64,000 nt of DNA, taken from NCBI GenBank assembly GCA_024256285.1, contig JACGUG010000001.1, positions 17,191-81,190 on the forward strand, read 5' to 3'. Positions 45,710 to 56,438 of this stretch are shown here, one piece after another (position 1 is the first letter of the stretch; the number at the start of each line of letters is the position of its first letter). Below the pieces are notes generated by a model. It was not told the DNA's origin. It ran no database searches and saw only the letters and a list, made by a program, of their open reading frames with translations. The stretch is from an archaeon. Lineage in GTDB: Archaea > Thermoproteota > Nitrososphaeria > Nitrososphaerales > JACAEJ01. The position numbers and the translations under genes were made by a program.

Positions 45710-46756
45710 TCAATCGATATCTGACTTTAGACAACGTGACTTCCTCCTCAATGAGCGACTGCCAAGAACTACGATTTTAAGCCATTTTTTTAAAGCCCAA
45801 AGGTAATGTACGGGTTGGAGGTAAGAGTAAGAAGGAATAAATTGATAAGCGCCTTTCTTTAAAGCCATTTTCATACCACATCTAAGTAGAATATATGTAG
45901 CTAAAACATAGATAGTTAGCAACACATACATTGATCTAGGCATCCAGACGTACCTGTGAACATATACCTTTTTTCCTCCGAATCCACGCTTGAAATAAGG
46001 ATTAATATTTGTCATATTGAATATTTTGTAGCCATGTTCTTTACAGTAGAGAATCATTTTCCACATCAAAAGATCGTTAGGGTAAAGCTTTCTATAGCCT
46101 GGCAATGAGGCATTACATAAATATATCACCATTCCGTCCCCACACTCACACCAACCAGAACATGCTACCGGCTTTTCCTTATAAACTGCAAAGAAAATAA
46201 CTTGATTGTTGGGGAGATAGTCTGCTTTTTTTAACAACCAATCGAAATGGGATATATCTATGCCCTTTGCCCTTGTCCACGCTTCATAAATCACACGCAT
46301 TTTTTGAACTGTTTGCTCACTATTACGGGGTTCGATGTCGACTGTCAGCCCAGACGCCAGTGCTTTTTTGACAGCCTGTCTTTTATGCTTATTTAGATCG
46401 CTGAATAACTCATCTTCAGAACGAGACAAATCGATTAGAATTGTTCCATGTCTACTCATTTCTTTATAGCCACAACGCTCAAATGTTGGACTATTTGAAA
46501 ATGTATAGATGCATGCGCCATCATATTTACTCTTAATTTTCTGTAATAAGATTGCTAACAGTTTATCATCGTTGTGGGACATACATGGACTATAGTAATC
46601 GCCTGAGATAAACCCGTATTGTCGAAAGCAGATTAAGGTACTTTTTCCTCCGATAAATGCATAATTGTCTCCATCCACTAAGCTGAACTTCTCGGGCATC
46701 TTCATAATCCAATCATTGACATAACCACACTGAAAGAGTATTTTTTCCCAATTCAA
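45710..46756 (-). CDS. FemAB-like GNAT-fold acyl/aminoacyl transferase with C-terminal hydrophobic tail
   Basis: ILIDLSRSEDELFSDLNKHKRQAVKKALASGLTV and ...YLCNASLPGYRKLYPNDLLMWKMILYCKEHGYKIFNM follow the FemA/FemX (Acetyltransf_6) pattern. Confidence 0.5.
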   Translation of the reverse strand: MNWEKILFQCGYVNDWIMKMPEKFSLVDGDNYAFIGGKSTLICFRQYGFISGDYYSPCMSHNDDKLLAILLQKIKSKYDGACIYTFSNSPTFERCGYKEMSRHGTILIDLSRSEDELFSDLNKHKRQAVKKALASGLTVDIEPRNSEQTVQKMRVIYEAWTRAKGIDISHFDWLLKKADYLPNNQVIFFAVYKEKPVACSGWCECGDGMVIYLCNASLPGYRKLYPNDLLMWKMILYCKEHGYKIFNMTNINPYFKRGFGGKKVYVHRYVWMPRSMYVLLTIYVLATYILLRCGMKMALKKGAYQFIPSYSYLQPVHYLWALKKWLKIVVLGSRSLRRKSRCLKSDID

Positions 46757-47487
46757 ACCTTTTCAACCAATAAATAAATACCATAACTGAAACCAAAATA
46801 TGCTATCAGCCATCTTATCAAACGTATTATCTGATGTCTTTTAGTAGGAGGTTTTGAAGTTATATTCGTAACCTTTGCACCCAATATCCTAAATAATGCT
46901 CTTAATTCGAGATGTGTTGTGTAATTTAAGCTAAGTACATAATGATGATCTCTAGGAGTTCCCTTTGTTCTTCTCCATAATGGTTGCGTAAGCCAGAAGT
47001 AGAATACGGCGAACTTCTTTGGCATAGGAACGAAAGGAAACTTATAGTGATGTTCATAAGGAAAAGCGAAATTGGGAGAGTAAATGTAGAGTTTGCCATG
47101 TGATTTTAAAACTCTCAACATCTCCCTTGCACATTCATAAGCATTTTTTCTACTCCCAACATGTTCCAAGAACGATATAGCTGACCCTACATCGAAGCAG
47201 TTATCTCTAAAGGGCAAGAACTCGCCAGCACTCACTATTAAATTGCCTTTAACTCCGAACTGTTTAGGATTGAGATCGATGCCAACAGAGAAATATCCAT
47301 GATCGTTAGCGGATTTAACGACATGCCCAAAACCACAACCAACATCAAGCAAATTTCCTTCTACGATGTCAGTATATTTTCGGATGTATGAGAGCTGGAT
47401 ATTTCCTTCAGTAATCATTCGTTTTAACTCGGATTGCTCATCTAACCTAAACAAATACCCACTAGGCTTTGATTCCTTGATGTTCAA
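46753..47487 (-). CDS. class I SAM-dependent methyltransferase
   Basis: Motif I LLDVGCGFGH and post-I GIDLN. Confidence 0.8.
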   Translation of the reverse strand: MNIKESKPSGYLFRLDEQSELKRMITEGNIQLSYIRKYTDIVEGNLLDVGCGFGHVVKSANDHGYFSVGIDLNPKQFGVKGNLIVSAGEFLPFRDNCFDVGSAISFLEHVGSRKNAYECAREMLRVLKSHGKLYIYSPNFAFPYEHHYKFPFVPMPKKFAVFYFWLTQPLWRRTKGTPRDHHYVLSLNYTTHLELRALFRILGAKVTNITSKPPTKRHQIIRLIRWLIAYFGFSYGIYLLVEKV

Positions 47488-47665
47488 CCTTTACAATCCT
47501 TAGATTAAAGATTAATGCTTTTTAGACCTTTATATGCTTCCTCAAAAATCTCTAAATATTTCTTTTGCACGAGTTGCTCGCCTTTATGTAAAACGTATCT
47601 GTATCGTTTTCTTTAGCTGAAAAATTGGCTGTCCTTATATTAACCTACGATGGGGGGAAGGCACA

Positions 47666-48151
47666 TCAAGAAGTTTCACCCTTAACTTCAAAAAATTGCT
47701 GGCATATCGGCTTCGCATAAGCATCCTCGCCTTTCTTCAAGATGTATCGACACACCTTTATGACGTCGTCCCAATCTTTCATGCCCCAACTTTCGAGTTC
47801 TTTTGGAAAGGGGACGCCTGACTTCTTTAGGAATCTAGCCATGCCTAATTGAATCGACACGTTTGAGGCTGAAGGCAAAGGATTTCTCCAACCCTGCATG
47901 ATTATGTCGACTTGTTGTCCTTTCTTCTTGAATAGTAATACGCCTACGCCTACATTCGTGACTATGAAGATAGTGCCAAGCAAAATTAACAATTCCAGAC
48001 TTTGCTCTATGCCAAGATAGATTATAATGATGCTAATACTCCCCAAGGACGATAAAATAGTGATGGGAAGAAGCAACCAAGCTTTTCCATAAGTGAACCA
48101 TTGGTTGAGGTTAACTATCATGGAATACATTTTTCTTAACAATCTAGCCAT
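47666..48151 (-). CDS. hypothetical membrane protein
   Basis: 161 aa with two N-terminal TM helices. Confidence 0.45.
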   Translation of the reverse strand: MARLLRKMYSMIVNLNQWFTYGKAWLLLPITILSSLGSISIIIIYLGIEQSLELLILLGTIFIVTNVGVGVLLFKKKGQQVDIIMQGWRNPLPSASNVSIQLGMARFLKKSGVPFPKELESWGMKDWDDVIKVCRYILKKGEDAYAKPICQQFFEVKGETS

Positions 48152-48243
48152 TTTCTTGGTATAACCTCTACTCTTATTTTGGATAAAAAACTTTTCTTTT
48201 TGAAAGATTCTGTCACTTGTAAGGATCTCAAAATTAGTTGAAC

Positions 48244-49065
48244 CTATGCTGATTTCCCTAAAATATCCCTTACCACGTCACGCCAACTAAATCTATGTTC
48301 TTCTTGCTTCAAGGGAGCATATTGAAGAAAGTCACTTATCGTAACCATCTTAACATCATAATTCTCCGTAAGCCACAACAAATAACCAAGTAAACACCAA
48401 TAACGTTCACGTTCAAGAAAGTTATAACTATGAATAGGTACAACTATCGGGGCATCTTTTCTGTACGGAATTATATATTTGATATGCTCTTCTGTACGAT
48501 ACCTAAGTCTTGAAATTTCCATTTCTGGCATCATATTAAGCCTTGGTGCATTAGGAATTTCCAAGATTTTGAATTTCTTACCTTTAGTTGGCTTATGAAT
48601 GTTTTTCAAACCTGGATAATAAGGTGCCCTTGGACTTCGCCAAGTATGCCCTACCTCGATCCTGCCAACCAAAATGCTCGAGTCTATGGGCATTCGTCCT
48701 TCCAAGATTTTTAGTGTATTGACATCAGTCAACCAATCTCCGCTCACCCAGACTTTTGGTTTGTAGGAATTACCTTCCTTCAAAGCGTTTACTATATGTA
48801 ATTCTTGATGCTCGGGACTTCTGTTATGTTTCCAATGGCTATGGAGTGCTATCTCTCCATATTCACTAAGTTTTTCGATTTCCTTTGGAAAATCTCTGAA
48901 TAGATTGATATCACTACATTCTTTAGGTTCGACTTGAATGGCGAATGTAGGCTTAACCCCATATTTGCTATAAAGCAAAGGCATAACTTCGTTTGCTAGA
49001 TAAGGTATGTTATCAGGCAGTCTATACAACTCGGTATGAATGCTAAGAGCGAATAAGATTCTCAT
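48244..49065 (-). CDS. hypothetical protein, possibly polysaccharide deacetylase-fold
   Basis: Sits in the glycan cluster and overlaps the GT4 gene stop by 4 nt. The ...IALHSHWKH... His cluster is only weakly suggestive. Confidence 0.35.
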   Translation of the reverse strand: MRILFALSIHTELYRLPDNIPYLANEVMPLLYSKYGVKPTFAIQVEPKECSDINLFRDFPKEIEKLSEYGEIALHSHWKHNRSPEHQELHIVNALKEGNSYKPKVWVSGDWLTDVNTLKILEGRMPIDSSILVGRIEVGHTWRSPRAPYYPGLKNIHKPTKGKKFKILEIPNAPRLNMMPEMEISRLRYRTEEHIKYIIPYRKDAPIVVPIHSYNFLERERYWCLLGYLLWLTENYDVKMVTISDFLQYAPLKQEEHRFSWRDVVRDILGKSA

Positions 49066-50192
49066 TTCTTAACCTCTTGTATGATTTTTTCAAGTCGATC
49101 TATAATATTATCCCAACTGAACAATTCGACACGCTCTAAAGACCGTTTGCTATATTCTTCCAATAATTTATGATCTTCAAATAGATTGACGATTGCTTTA
49201 CGTAATGCCTCATCATCCTTTGGAGGAACCAGTATACCGGCATCACCTAGCACGTAAGGATTTCCCCCCACATTAGTGGCAATAATAGGTAGACCAACGG
49301 CCATCGCTTCGAGCAAGGAGTTTGAAAAGCCCTCTGAAAGGCTGGGTAAGACAAAACATGACGCCTCTTTAAGAAAGTTAGGCACAGCATCATTCGGCAC
49401 TGCCCCAGCAAATGTAGTGTTGGACTCCGCTATCGCTCTGGCAGTGTATTTCTGCTCTCCCCACCCACCTACAACGACCAAATTGACATTCTTGATCTGG
49501 TTCACTGCTGAAATAAGATAGAGTAATCCTTTTGCTGGACGGGCACCTCCTACATAGATTAAAGTCTTGTTATTCAATTTCGTTCGGAACTTACTATAAC
49601 TTGCCAAGTCGATACCATTGCCAAGGATCTTTATCTTCCCTTTCTCGCAACCCCTCTTTACAAGGGTTTCAAGCATGGCGGGAGTCTGTGCTAAAACTAC
49701 GTCGGCTCGAAAAACTAACTTTAATAAGTTTCTTGTGATCAGACCGATCAAATCTTTTCTTGATGGAGTGACGAAGACATCACTGCCACGCCCCCACGCT
49801 ATAACTGGGACTCTTTTTAGCCGTGTTATCATCAAGAGAGATCTAACGACCATGGCGGAAAGGCAGATTGGCATCAATGTGAAACTGAGAATAGCGTCAG
49901 GGGGCTTGCGCCAAGAGAGTAAGAATGACTTCAAAGTCTGGCTCAAGAAGCGTCCTCCCATAGTCGGCAGTCTCTTAACTCGATAGATCTTCAGCTTGCC
50001 ATCGTGAAGTTCTTCATAGGATTTCATCTCTCCTATCTGAGTAATTACGTCTGATCTGAAGCCTGCTGAATATCTTGCTACAAGTGTAACTTCGTGCCCA
50101 CGTTGGGCTAGATTTTTGGCTATCTTAAAGCTTGCTAGCTCTGTTCCTCCCACCACAGGATACGTATAGCCGACAAGTATCAGTATTTTCAA
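49062..50192 (-). CDS. glycosyltransferase family 4 (GT-B)
   Basis: GGTELASFKIAKNLAQRGHEVTLV and the EX7E region PSLSEGFSNSLLEAMAVGLPIIATNVGG. Confidence 0.85.
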   Translation of the reverse strand: MKILILVGYTYPVVGGTELASFKIAKNLAQRGHEVTLVARYSAGFRSDVITQIGEMKSYEELHDGKLKIYRVKRLPTMGGRFLSQTLKSFLLSWRKPPDAILSFTLMPICLSAMVVRSLLMITRLKRVPVIAWGRGSDVFVTPSRKDLIGLITRNLLKLVFRADVVLAQTPAMLETLVKRGCEKGKIKILGNGIDLASYSKFRTKLNNKTLIYVGGARPAKGLLYLISAVNQIKNVNLVVVGGWGEQKYTARAIAESNTTFAGAVPNDAVPNFLKEASCFVLPSLSEGFSNSLLEAMAVGLPIIATNVGGNPYVLGDAGILVPPKDDEALRKAIVNLFEDHKLLEEYSKRSLERVELFSWDNIIDRLEKIIQEVKK

Positions 50193-50368
50193 ATGAACCT
50201 CTGTTCTTTAAAGAGCCAATACTTTTAAACTTCATTGATGGGCAAAATGAAATACCTAAATTAAGTGAGGTGACTTAGAAAGTGGAGCCGATCATTTTGT
50301 TGGATAACGCTTCTAAGCAAGTGTTAATAGTTTGAATTGGGGGATCGATAAAAAGCAGGTTATAAAAA

Positions 50369-51574
50369 ATGAAAAGGAGATCGTATGTAGATCTTATCCA
50401 TCATATATTAAGAATTACTCCGCTTTTTCACAAACGTTTGCTTGGTAAAATCCCTGATTACCTAAAGTCTAAGGAATCTCTCCGATTGTATTTAATATTG
50501 TGCATATCTATAGTTGAAATCATCCTCAATTTTGGTCGAATCTTCCCAGACTCATCTCAATATATGGATTTTTCTCTTTTTCTTCTCGGAAGGCAAGGAA
50601 CTGTTAGTCAGATGTATCAGATAGTCATGAGGCCCATGGTTCCATTACTAGCCACTCCCCTAATCCTGATCTTCAACAACGTTAACTTTAGTTTCGGATT
50701 GGTCAGCAGTTTCTTTTGGATAGGTGGAGCGATCGTCGCTTATAAACTCGGAAAGTTGTTGCTCAAAGATGACGATCTTGCCACCTTGGTTGCCTTGGTG
50801 TACGTTACGGCTCCAGCTATGTTATGGCATGGGGCAGCTGTCTTGACAGATTCTGCAGCATACTTCTTCATTGGACTGGCAATCTATCTTACTTTCATGA
50901 GAGAACAACAGATGAACGTCTCATCAAAGAGGTATTTTTTCGATGCATTTATTGTAAGTTTAGGGGTCTTATTTAAGGAAGTAGTAGTCTTTGCGTTGTT
51001 GTTCATGCTTTACAGGCGGTTTGTGAAAAGGAAGGGTTTCAAAGAGACTTTGACAGCGATCGTTGTAGTTGGGTTCTGTGGAGTTCTGTATCTGAGTTTG
51101 CTTGGTTTTGGACTTGACATATTTATTTTTAAGTACTCAGTTGCATACGATACTCGATCTTGGGGAGTTTATCCTTTCTTTGTCAGTTTTGTACGAGCTT
51201 ATGTTCTTTCTTACCCGGAGCGAATTCAGGAATGGATTTCAGCAATGGATCTGTTCAGAATTGGCAGACTTCTGGTCTTTGCTGTGGCCACTCCATTAGG
51301 GCTATACTTTAGTAAACGAAGAAAGGACCTATTCATGTGTACCCTGTTTCTTTTTCCTACAGCGATCATCTGGCCGGTTATGGTTGAAAGATTTTCCTTT
51401 TGTCTATGGCCCGTTATCGTCCTCGGCATGGTAAACGGTATGGACTTTATTTTGTCAAAACTGACCTTTACTAGAGTTTTTCCATATAACTACAGAATTT
51501 TTATATATTTATACGTATTCGTATGTGCTATCGTAAATACCTATTATCCGATAACTGTAAAGTTGGAGTGGTAA
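50369..51574 (+). CDS. polytopic membrane protein (GT-C / glycan polymerase-like candidate)
   Basis: 401 aa with about 10 TM segments, divergent from the GT4 operon. Confidence 0.5.
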   Translation: MKRRSYVDLIHHILRITPLFHKRLLGKIPDYLKSKESLRLYLILCISIVEIILNFGRIFPDSSQYMDFSLFLLGRQGTVSQMYQIVMRPMVPLLATPLILIFNNVNFSFGLVSSFFWIGGAIVAYKLGKLLLKDDDLATLVALVYVTAPAMLWHGAAVLTDSAAYFFIGLAIYLTFMREQQMNVSSKRYFFDAFIVSLGVLFKEVVVFALLFMLYRRFVKRKGFKETLTAIVVVGFCGVLYLSLLGFGLDIFIFKYSVAYDTRSWGVYPFFVSFVRAYVLSYPERIQEWISAMDLFRIGRLLVFAVATPLGLYFSKRRKDLFMCTLFLFPTAIIWPVMVERFSFCLWPVIVLGMVNGMDFILSKLTFTRVFPYNYRIFIYLYVFVCAIVNTYYPITVKLEW

Positions 51575-51630
51575 AGATAAACTATATGAAGAATTTCTCC
51601 CTCGATTTTACTGAAATTAGACAGATCTTA

Positions 51631-52635
51631 TCAGGGTTGTTCTTTTAGGTTGTCGATGCTTGATAACTTTTTGGAACGCCATAGTTCAGGATAGGTCCCG
51701 GCCTTCATTATTACTCGCTTTGTCATAAACGCCAACCCTTTGCTTGCACCTACTATCTCCTCTGTCGACATCAAGGCTTCTCCTATCGCTACCAACTCCC
51801 CCTTTAAAGTGTACATGCAGACGGTACCCCCTCCCACTATATCGGGCGATATCTGCAATATTCCAGGTACTGCCAATTGCGCACCATGGCAGATGGCATC
51901 GACGGCCGAGTCACGCATTACCGTTGCCTTGATAGAGGATGTGGCAAACTCTATGGGTTTTACCAACTGCCTTATCTTATCTTCCTTCCCTTCCTCCTTC
52001 CATCCATGAACTCCGTCCAATAGATCATGAAGCCTGACCAACCCGTCTTCTTCAGTCAGATCGCTGACCCTCGTCCTTCTCAACTCTACCATAGTGGCGC
52101 CCGAGCCCAAGACTTCCCCCATATCGTAGATGAGCTTTCTCACATAAGTTCCAGCTTGACAGAGAACCCTTAAGAGAATCAGATTGCCACTCTGCTCGAT
52201 CAAATCCAGATCGTAGATTGTACGAGTCCTAGTGGCTCTCTTGACGGAAGATCTTTGGGGAGGGCGTTGATAAATTTCTCCAGTAAATTCAGAGAGAACT
52301 TTCTTCAGTTTAGTTTCGTTCATGGGGTTGTGAATTCTCGCAATGGTATAATACTCCTTAGGTCCCAATAGGAGGAGAGAGAGAGCTTTTGTCCCTTCGC
52401 CCAACCCTATGGGGAGCAGACCCGTTACAAGGGGGTCTAAAGTCCCGCTGTGCCCTGCCTTTTTCACTCCCAGCATCCTTCGCACCCATGCTACAACCTC
52501 ATGGCTAGTCGGCCCTGGAGGCTTGTCCAAAAGAGCGACCCCGTAGTCCAAGAGAGCCTCCATAGGGCGTTTGTAGGGATCATGACCATAACTTTCATCT
52601 GTTGAGTCTTCATCTATAGTGATCAAACCTTGCAA
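51631..52635 (-). CDS. cbf5: H/ACA RNP pseudouridine synthase Cbf5
   Basis: KAGHSGTLDPLVTGLLPIGLGEGTK catalytic motif and a C-terminal PUA domain. TTG start. Confidence 0.9.
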   Translation of the reverse strand: MQGLITIDEDSTDESYGHDPYKRPMEALLDYGVALLDKPPGPTSHEVVAWVRRMLGVKKAGHSGTLDPLVTGLLPIGLGEGTKALSLLLLGPKEYYTIARIHNPMNETKLKKVLSEFTGEIYQRPPQRSSVKRATRTRTIYDLDLIEQSGNLILLRVLCQAGTYVRKLIYDMGEVLGSGATMVELRRTRVSDLTEEDGLVRLHDLLDGVHGWKEEGKEDKIRQLVKPIEFATSSIKATVMRDSAVDAICHGAQLAVPGILQISPDIVGGGTVCMYTLKGELVAIGEALMSTEEIVGASKGLAFMTKRVIMKAGTYPELWRSKKLSSIDNLKEQP

Positions 52636-52706
52636 AGATCATCTCCTCGATTTACTTGCTTTATTTAAACTAAACTAAACTAAAAACCCTTTGTGGTACA
52701 TACCTT

Positions 52707-53306
52707 CTAACCCGCTTTATGTAATTTTTTGATGTAAAGATCGATAACTTTGGAGACTACATCGTAGACTTCGTCGGGGCCGAATCTATCTGTATTCAGT
52801 ATGAGATCGAAGGGAGAAAGATCTCTGCCAAAATCGAATCCATAGAGGCTCTTATAGATCGATCTAGTCATTTCATCCTTCTCTTGGATTATCCCCATGA
52901 TACTCTGAATCTCTATCCGATCCCTTTTGGCTGCCCTTTCTGCTCTCTTCTCTAAGGATACCTTTAGCCAGATCTTGAGAGCCTCTCCTTTTAAGAGCCA
53001 AGGCATAGTCCAGCTATCGAGCACAACATTCCCTCTATCTGCCATTTCGAGCAACTTATCATCAACTCTTTTATCGAATCTTTCGTCCTTCTTTCTTTCT
53101 TTTAAGAACCTTAACCCTTCTTCACTCTCCCACCATCCATCACCCTTTGGCTTGTATCCTTTTTCTACTGCCAATTGCTTTAAGGCATCTCCACCTGAAA
53201 AGTAGCTCAGACCGTATCTTTCAGCGATTCTTTTGGCTAAAGTGCTCTTTCCAGAGCCTGCCATCCCTGAGATGCAGATTACAAGACCCCTCTCCTTTTT
53301 TATCAT
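52707..53306 (-). CDS. cmk: cytidylate kinase (archaeal type)
   Basis: P-loop ISGMAGSGKST; conserved position after adk-DUF106. Confidence 0.85.
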   Translation of the reverse strand: MIKKERGLVICISGMAGSGKSTLAKRIAERYGLSYFSGGDALKQLAVEKGYKPKGDGWWESEEGLRFLKERKKDERFDKRVDDKLLEMADRGNVVLDSWTMPWLLKGEALKIWLKVSLEKRAERAAKRDRIEIQSIMGIIQEKDEMTRSIYKSLYGFDFGRDLSPFDLILNTDRFGPDEVYDVVSKVIDLYIKKLHKAG

Positions 53307-53348
53307 TTATCACAATTGCTTTCAGAGAATTTATTAAGCATTCTTTAT

Positions 53349-53843
53349 TTAGGTGGGGCTAGTTTTAAGAAGCTTCATTACGATTGCGCTGAAGGCGAAA
53401 GAAGAGATCAAATACCACCAGAAAAGGCTGAAACCGTAACCTCCTTCGATCGGTACTCCGATGTTTATTATGAGGAGGTCTATAGGCATGGGAGATATGG
53501 CTACAATGGCATCATACCCGCCAAGGAAAGTGGCAAGAAGATAGTAGACTGCTATGAAAGGAACCCAAAAGAGAAGCATAGGCTTCATCCTCTCCTTCGT
53601 TACTTTCATCTGTAACTCCATCATCTGCTTCTCCCTCTTCCTCAGTTTTCTCTCTTTAGCCTTATCTTTTGTGAGTGTGGCTTGCTTCAGTTCGTCTCTG
53701 AAAGCCTTAACTTCAGCATTTATTCTTCTTGCTCGATCTACATCTGTAAATAGACGGGTAACCACGTTAGAGGTGAGGCTCAGCATTAGAGCGACCGCTG
53801 TTACTAACAAAGTAGAGATGGGTATAGCAGTAGGGTCCACCAT
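53349..53843 (-). CDS. DUF106 / EMC3-Oxa1-like membrane insertase homologue
   Basis: TM, then a basic coiled coil (KAKERKLRKREKQMMELQMKV), then TM; conserved position between adk and cmk. Confidence 0.75.
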   Translation of the reverse strand: MVDPTAIPISTLLVTAVALMLSLTSNVVTRLFTDVDRARRINAEVKAFRDELKQATLTKDKAKERKLRKREKQMMELQMKVTKERMKPMLLFWVPFIAVYYLLATFLGGYDAIVAISPMPIDLLIINIGVPIEGGYGFSLFWWYLISSFAFSAIVMKLLKTSPT

Positions 53844-54431
53844 TCATATCACACCAAGGGCTTTCAAGATCTGGTTGGCAGCTTCTTCTATATGATTCTC
53901 CTTATTCATCACTATGAGTAGGGGAGCCCCACTTATTATCGCTGAAGTGCTCAACATACTTCTTTCCATCTCTATCTCTCTTGCAATGGCTTCTTCTTCA
54001 GCAAGGTCCCTACACCTTCCAGAATCCCTTCTGCGCCTTGAAATTATCTCATGGGGGAGAGCCTCTATCAAGATCAGATTGCTCGGAGACAGGGCTCTTA
54101 AGACTTCAAAAGGAAGGCCGGGCCAATAACCTTCCTTAGTGTTTATCATAAGGTGAGTATCTACGAATAAAAAATCAGCTTTCATCATTGCTATCTTCTC
54201 AGCCGCTTCTATCTGGAGCTTACGCTGTTCGTCTACTGGCAACTTCCTCATCTCATCTCTATGCTTGATGCCCAGTTTTTTCGCCTCCTCAAACATCAAT
54301 GTGCCAAATACAACAGATTCTAAAGTAAACTTCTTTTTCTTGATCTGTTCCACTACCCTGTTGACCACTGTCGTCTTGCCGACCCCAGGAATGCCAATTA
54401 TCACAGCTCGTTTAGTAGCCAAGAGCAACAC
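53844..54431 (-). CDS. adkA: adenylate kinase (archaeal AdkA)
   Basis: P-loop GIPGVGKTT; downstream of secY. Confidence 0.85.
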   Translation of the reverse strand: MLLLATKRAVIIGIPGVGKTTVVNRVVEQIKKKKFTLESVVFGTLMFEEAKKLGIKHRDEMRKLPVDEQRKLQIEAAEKIAMMKADFLFVDTHLMINTKEGYWPGLPFEVLRALSPSNLILIEALPHEIISRRRRDSGRCRDLAEEEAIAREIEMERSMLSTSAIISGAPLLIVMNKENHIEEAANQILKALGVI

Positions 54432-54500
54432 CTATCGAAGTAAGCTTAAATGTGTATCTTTATTTATTTATTCGATTAAAAATCTTTTCTCTGGCCTTAT

Positions 54501-55940
54501 TTACTTTCTTTCAAATATTCCCGCAAGCCTCGGCATCATCGTCTCGAGCTGCTCCTTCATCAATATCTGGTAATACTGCATGATTATACCTATCATTAAC
54601 AGTATCCCCGTGCCGGAGCCAAAGACGCCCAAGATATCAGATAAAGAAGCAATGAGGCCGATTACGATGCCGCCTAATATGGTGATGGGGGGTATGTACC
54701 TTGCCAGAATGGTTCCTACAGAAGCTTCTGCCGTCCTAAAGCCCGGTACATGAACATCTGCATCGAGCAAGCTTTTTGCTACGTCCTTAGGTGCTAGACC
54801 ACCTATCGCCACCCAAAGTTTGGAGAAGAGCGTTACAATCAAGACCATGAAAAAGACGTAGGAGAGGGCCCTTAAAGGGTCTGCCATAGCAGCGCTCAAG
54901 CCTTGTATCGGCGACATATAGTACACCAAACCCCCTGTTGGATATATTATATTATCTGGCCCGTTATATATCCCCGTCCCTAGCCAGTTGAGCCATATAC
55001 TGGTGTTCGTTGGATTGAAACTGGTCCAGATGAATTGTGAAATAAATACCAGATCTGTTAGCAATACTGAAGCGAAGATCACTGGAACGACCGATACGTA
55101 GAGCAACTTGATGGGATAGACACCAGAGAAGCCTCTATATTTCGAGGATGAGATAGGAATCTCCACCCTAACCCCTTCGATGTAAATTAGGAAGAGGATG
55201 ACCGCCAGTGTCATGAGGAAACCTACCAAGCTCGGAAGAGCACCTTCCCTCACGATAGCCTCATAAGGAGCACCTCTGATCAAGGCATTGATAAGGAAAG
55301 GTATGAAGCCAAAGGGAACGATCTTTGGAACTTCTGAGCTTCCTATGTTTACAGTCAGAGGGTTGAAGATACTCCACATTATATGCTGTGCCACCCCTGC
55401 CATGATGAACAAGCTTATACCGCTACCAATGCCCCAGCCTTTCTGAACGAGTTCGTCCAAGAGCATCACGATCACGCTGGCGACGAAAAGTTGCATCACG
55501 ATTATGACCATCGTTGTGAAAGATAGACTGCCATAGATACCTGCTATTATATAACCTAAGGACTGCACAAGTATGACGACCATCGTCAAGAGTTTCGTAG
55601 TAGATGTGAATAGCGCCCTATCTTCATCCTTTTTAAAATCCAGCTTTATTATCTCTGCACCCTTTAGGAGTTGCATGACCAATCCTGCAGTCACTATGGG
55701 ACCTATGCCGAACTCCATAAGAGTACCTTGGTTGGATGCGAAGATGATTCTAGAGTAAGCCAACGGGTCTGTCCCACCCGTCGTAATCCCATATAGGGGG
55801 GTTTCGGCCATAATGAGGTAAACAGCTAGAGCGATGGCAGTCCAGATTAGCTTCATCGTTAGAGAGAGTTTCCTTCGAGGTGTAGGGACCTCGGGCATGA
55901 TAGTCGAGATGCCTCTTAAAAAGCCAGAAAGACTGCTCAT
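54501..55940 (-). CDS. secY: protein translocase subunit SecY
   Basis: 479 aa with 10 TM segments, and the plug/hinge motif GIGPIVTAGLVMQLL. Confidence 0.95.
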   Translation of the reverse strand: MSSLSGFLRGISTIMPEVPTPRRKLSLTMKLIWTAIALAVYLIMAETPLYGITTGGTDPLAYSRIIFASNQGTLMEFGIGPIVTAGLVMQLLKGAEIIKLDFKKDEDRALFTSTTKLLTMVVILVQSLGYIIAGIYGSLSFTTMVIIVMQLFVASVIVMLLDELVQKGWGIGSGISLFIMAGVAQHIMWSIFNPLTVNIGSSEVPKIVPFGFIPFLINALIRGAPYEAIVREGALPSLVGFLMTLAVILFLIYIEGVRVEIPISSSKYRGFSGVYPIKLLYVSVVPVIFASVLLTDLVFISQFIWTSFNPTNTSIWLNWLGTGIYNGPDNIIYPTGGLVYYMSPIQGLSAAMADPLRALSYVFFMVLIVTLFSKLWVAIGGLAPKDVAKSLLDADVHVPGFRTAEASVGTILARYIPPITILGGIVIGLIASLSDILGVFGSGTGILLMIGIIMQYYQILMKEQLETMMPRLAGIFERK

Positions 55941-55945
55941 CCTAT

Positions 55946-56389
55946 TTACCTTGTAGTTATTGATCCTCCAGCTTCCTCTATTTTATCCTTTGCGCTCTTT
56001 GTGAACGATCTAGCAACGATATGATAACGGCCTTTTATTTCACCATTTCCAAGGAGCTGATCATAGCCTAACTTGATGAGATCGATCAAGGCCTCATCTT
56101 CCTTTTGTTCTATCTTACCTTCCTTCAAGAGTTTATCGTATATCTCATCTAGTTGACCAATATTGATCCAGCTCTTGATAGGTGCCCTCTTGGGAGGTTT
56201 GAAACCAGCCTTGCCGAAGTGATCTGGTGCGTACTTCACCGTCCAAGTCCACTTATGCTTCTTGAGACCAGCCTTTCCTTTTCCTCCTCTGCCGCCACTC
56301 TTCCTATGCTGACCTACTCGCCCATAACCACAAGTCCTTGAACCCCTCAATTTCCTTGTCTTTCTTAACCGAGTAGGCATGTTCAACAC
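55946..56389 (-). CDS. rpl15: 50S ribosomal protein L15 (uL15)
   Basis: RKTRKLRGSRTCGYGRVGQHRKSGGRGGKG. Confidence 0.9.
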   Translation of the reverse strand: MLNMPTRLRKTRKLRGSRTCGYGRVGQHRKSGGRGGKGKAGLKKHKWTWTVKYAPDHFGKAGFKPPKRAPIKSWINIGQLDEIYDKLLKEGKIEQKEDEALIDLIKLGYDQLLGNGEIKGRYHIVARSFTKSAKDKIEEAGGSITTR

Positions 56390-56438
56390 CTCTTGTTAAA
56401 CAATAATTCACCAAATTAAAAAGTTAATCATCTTGAAG

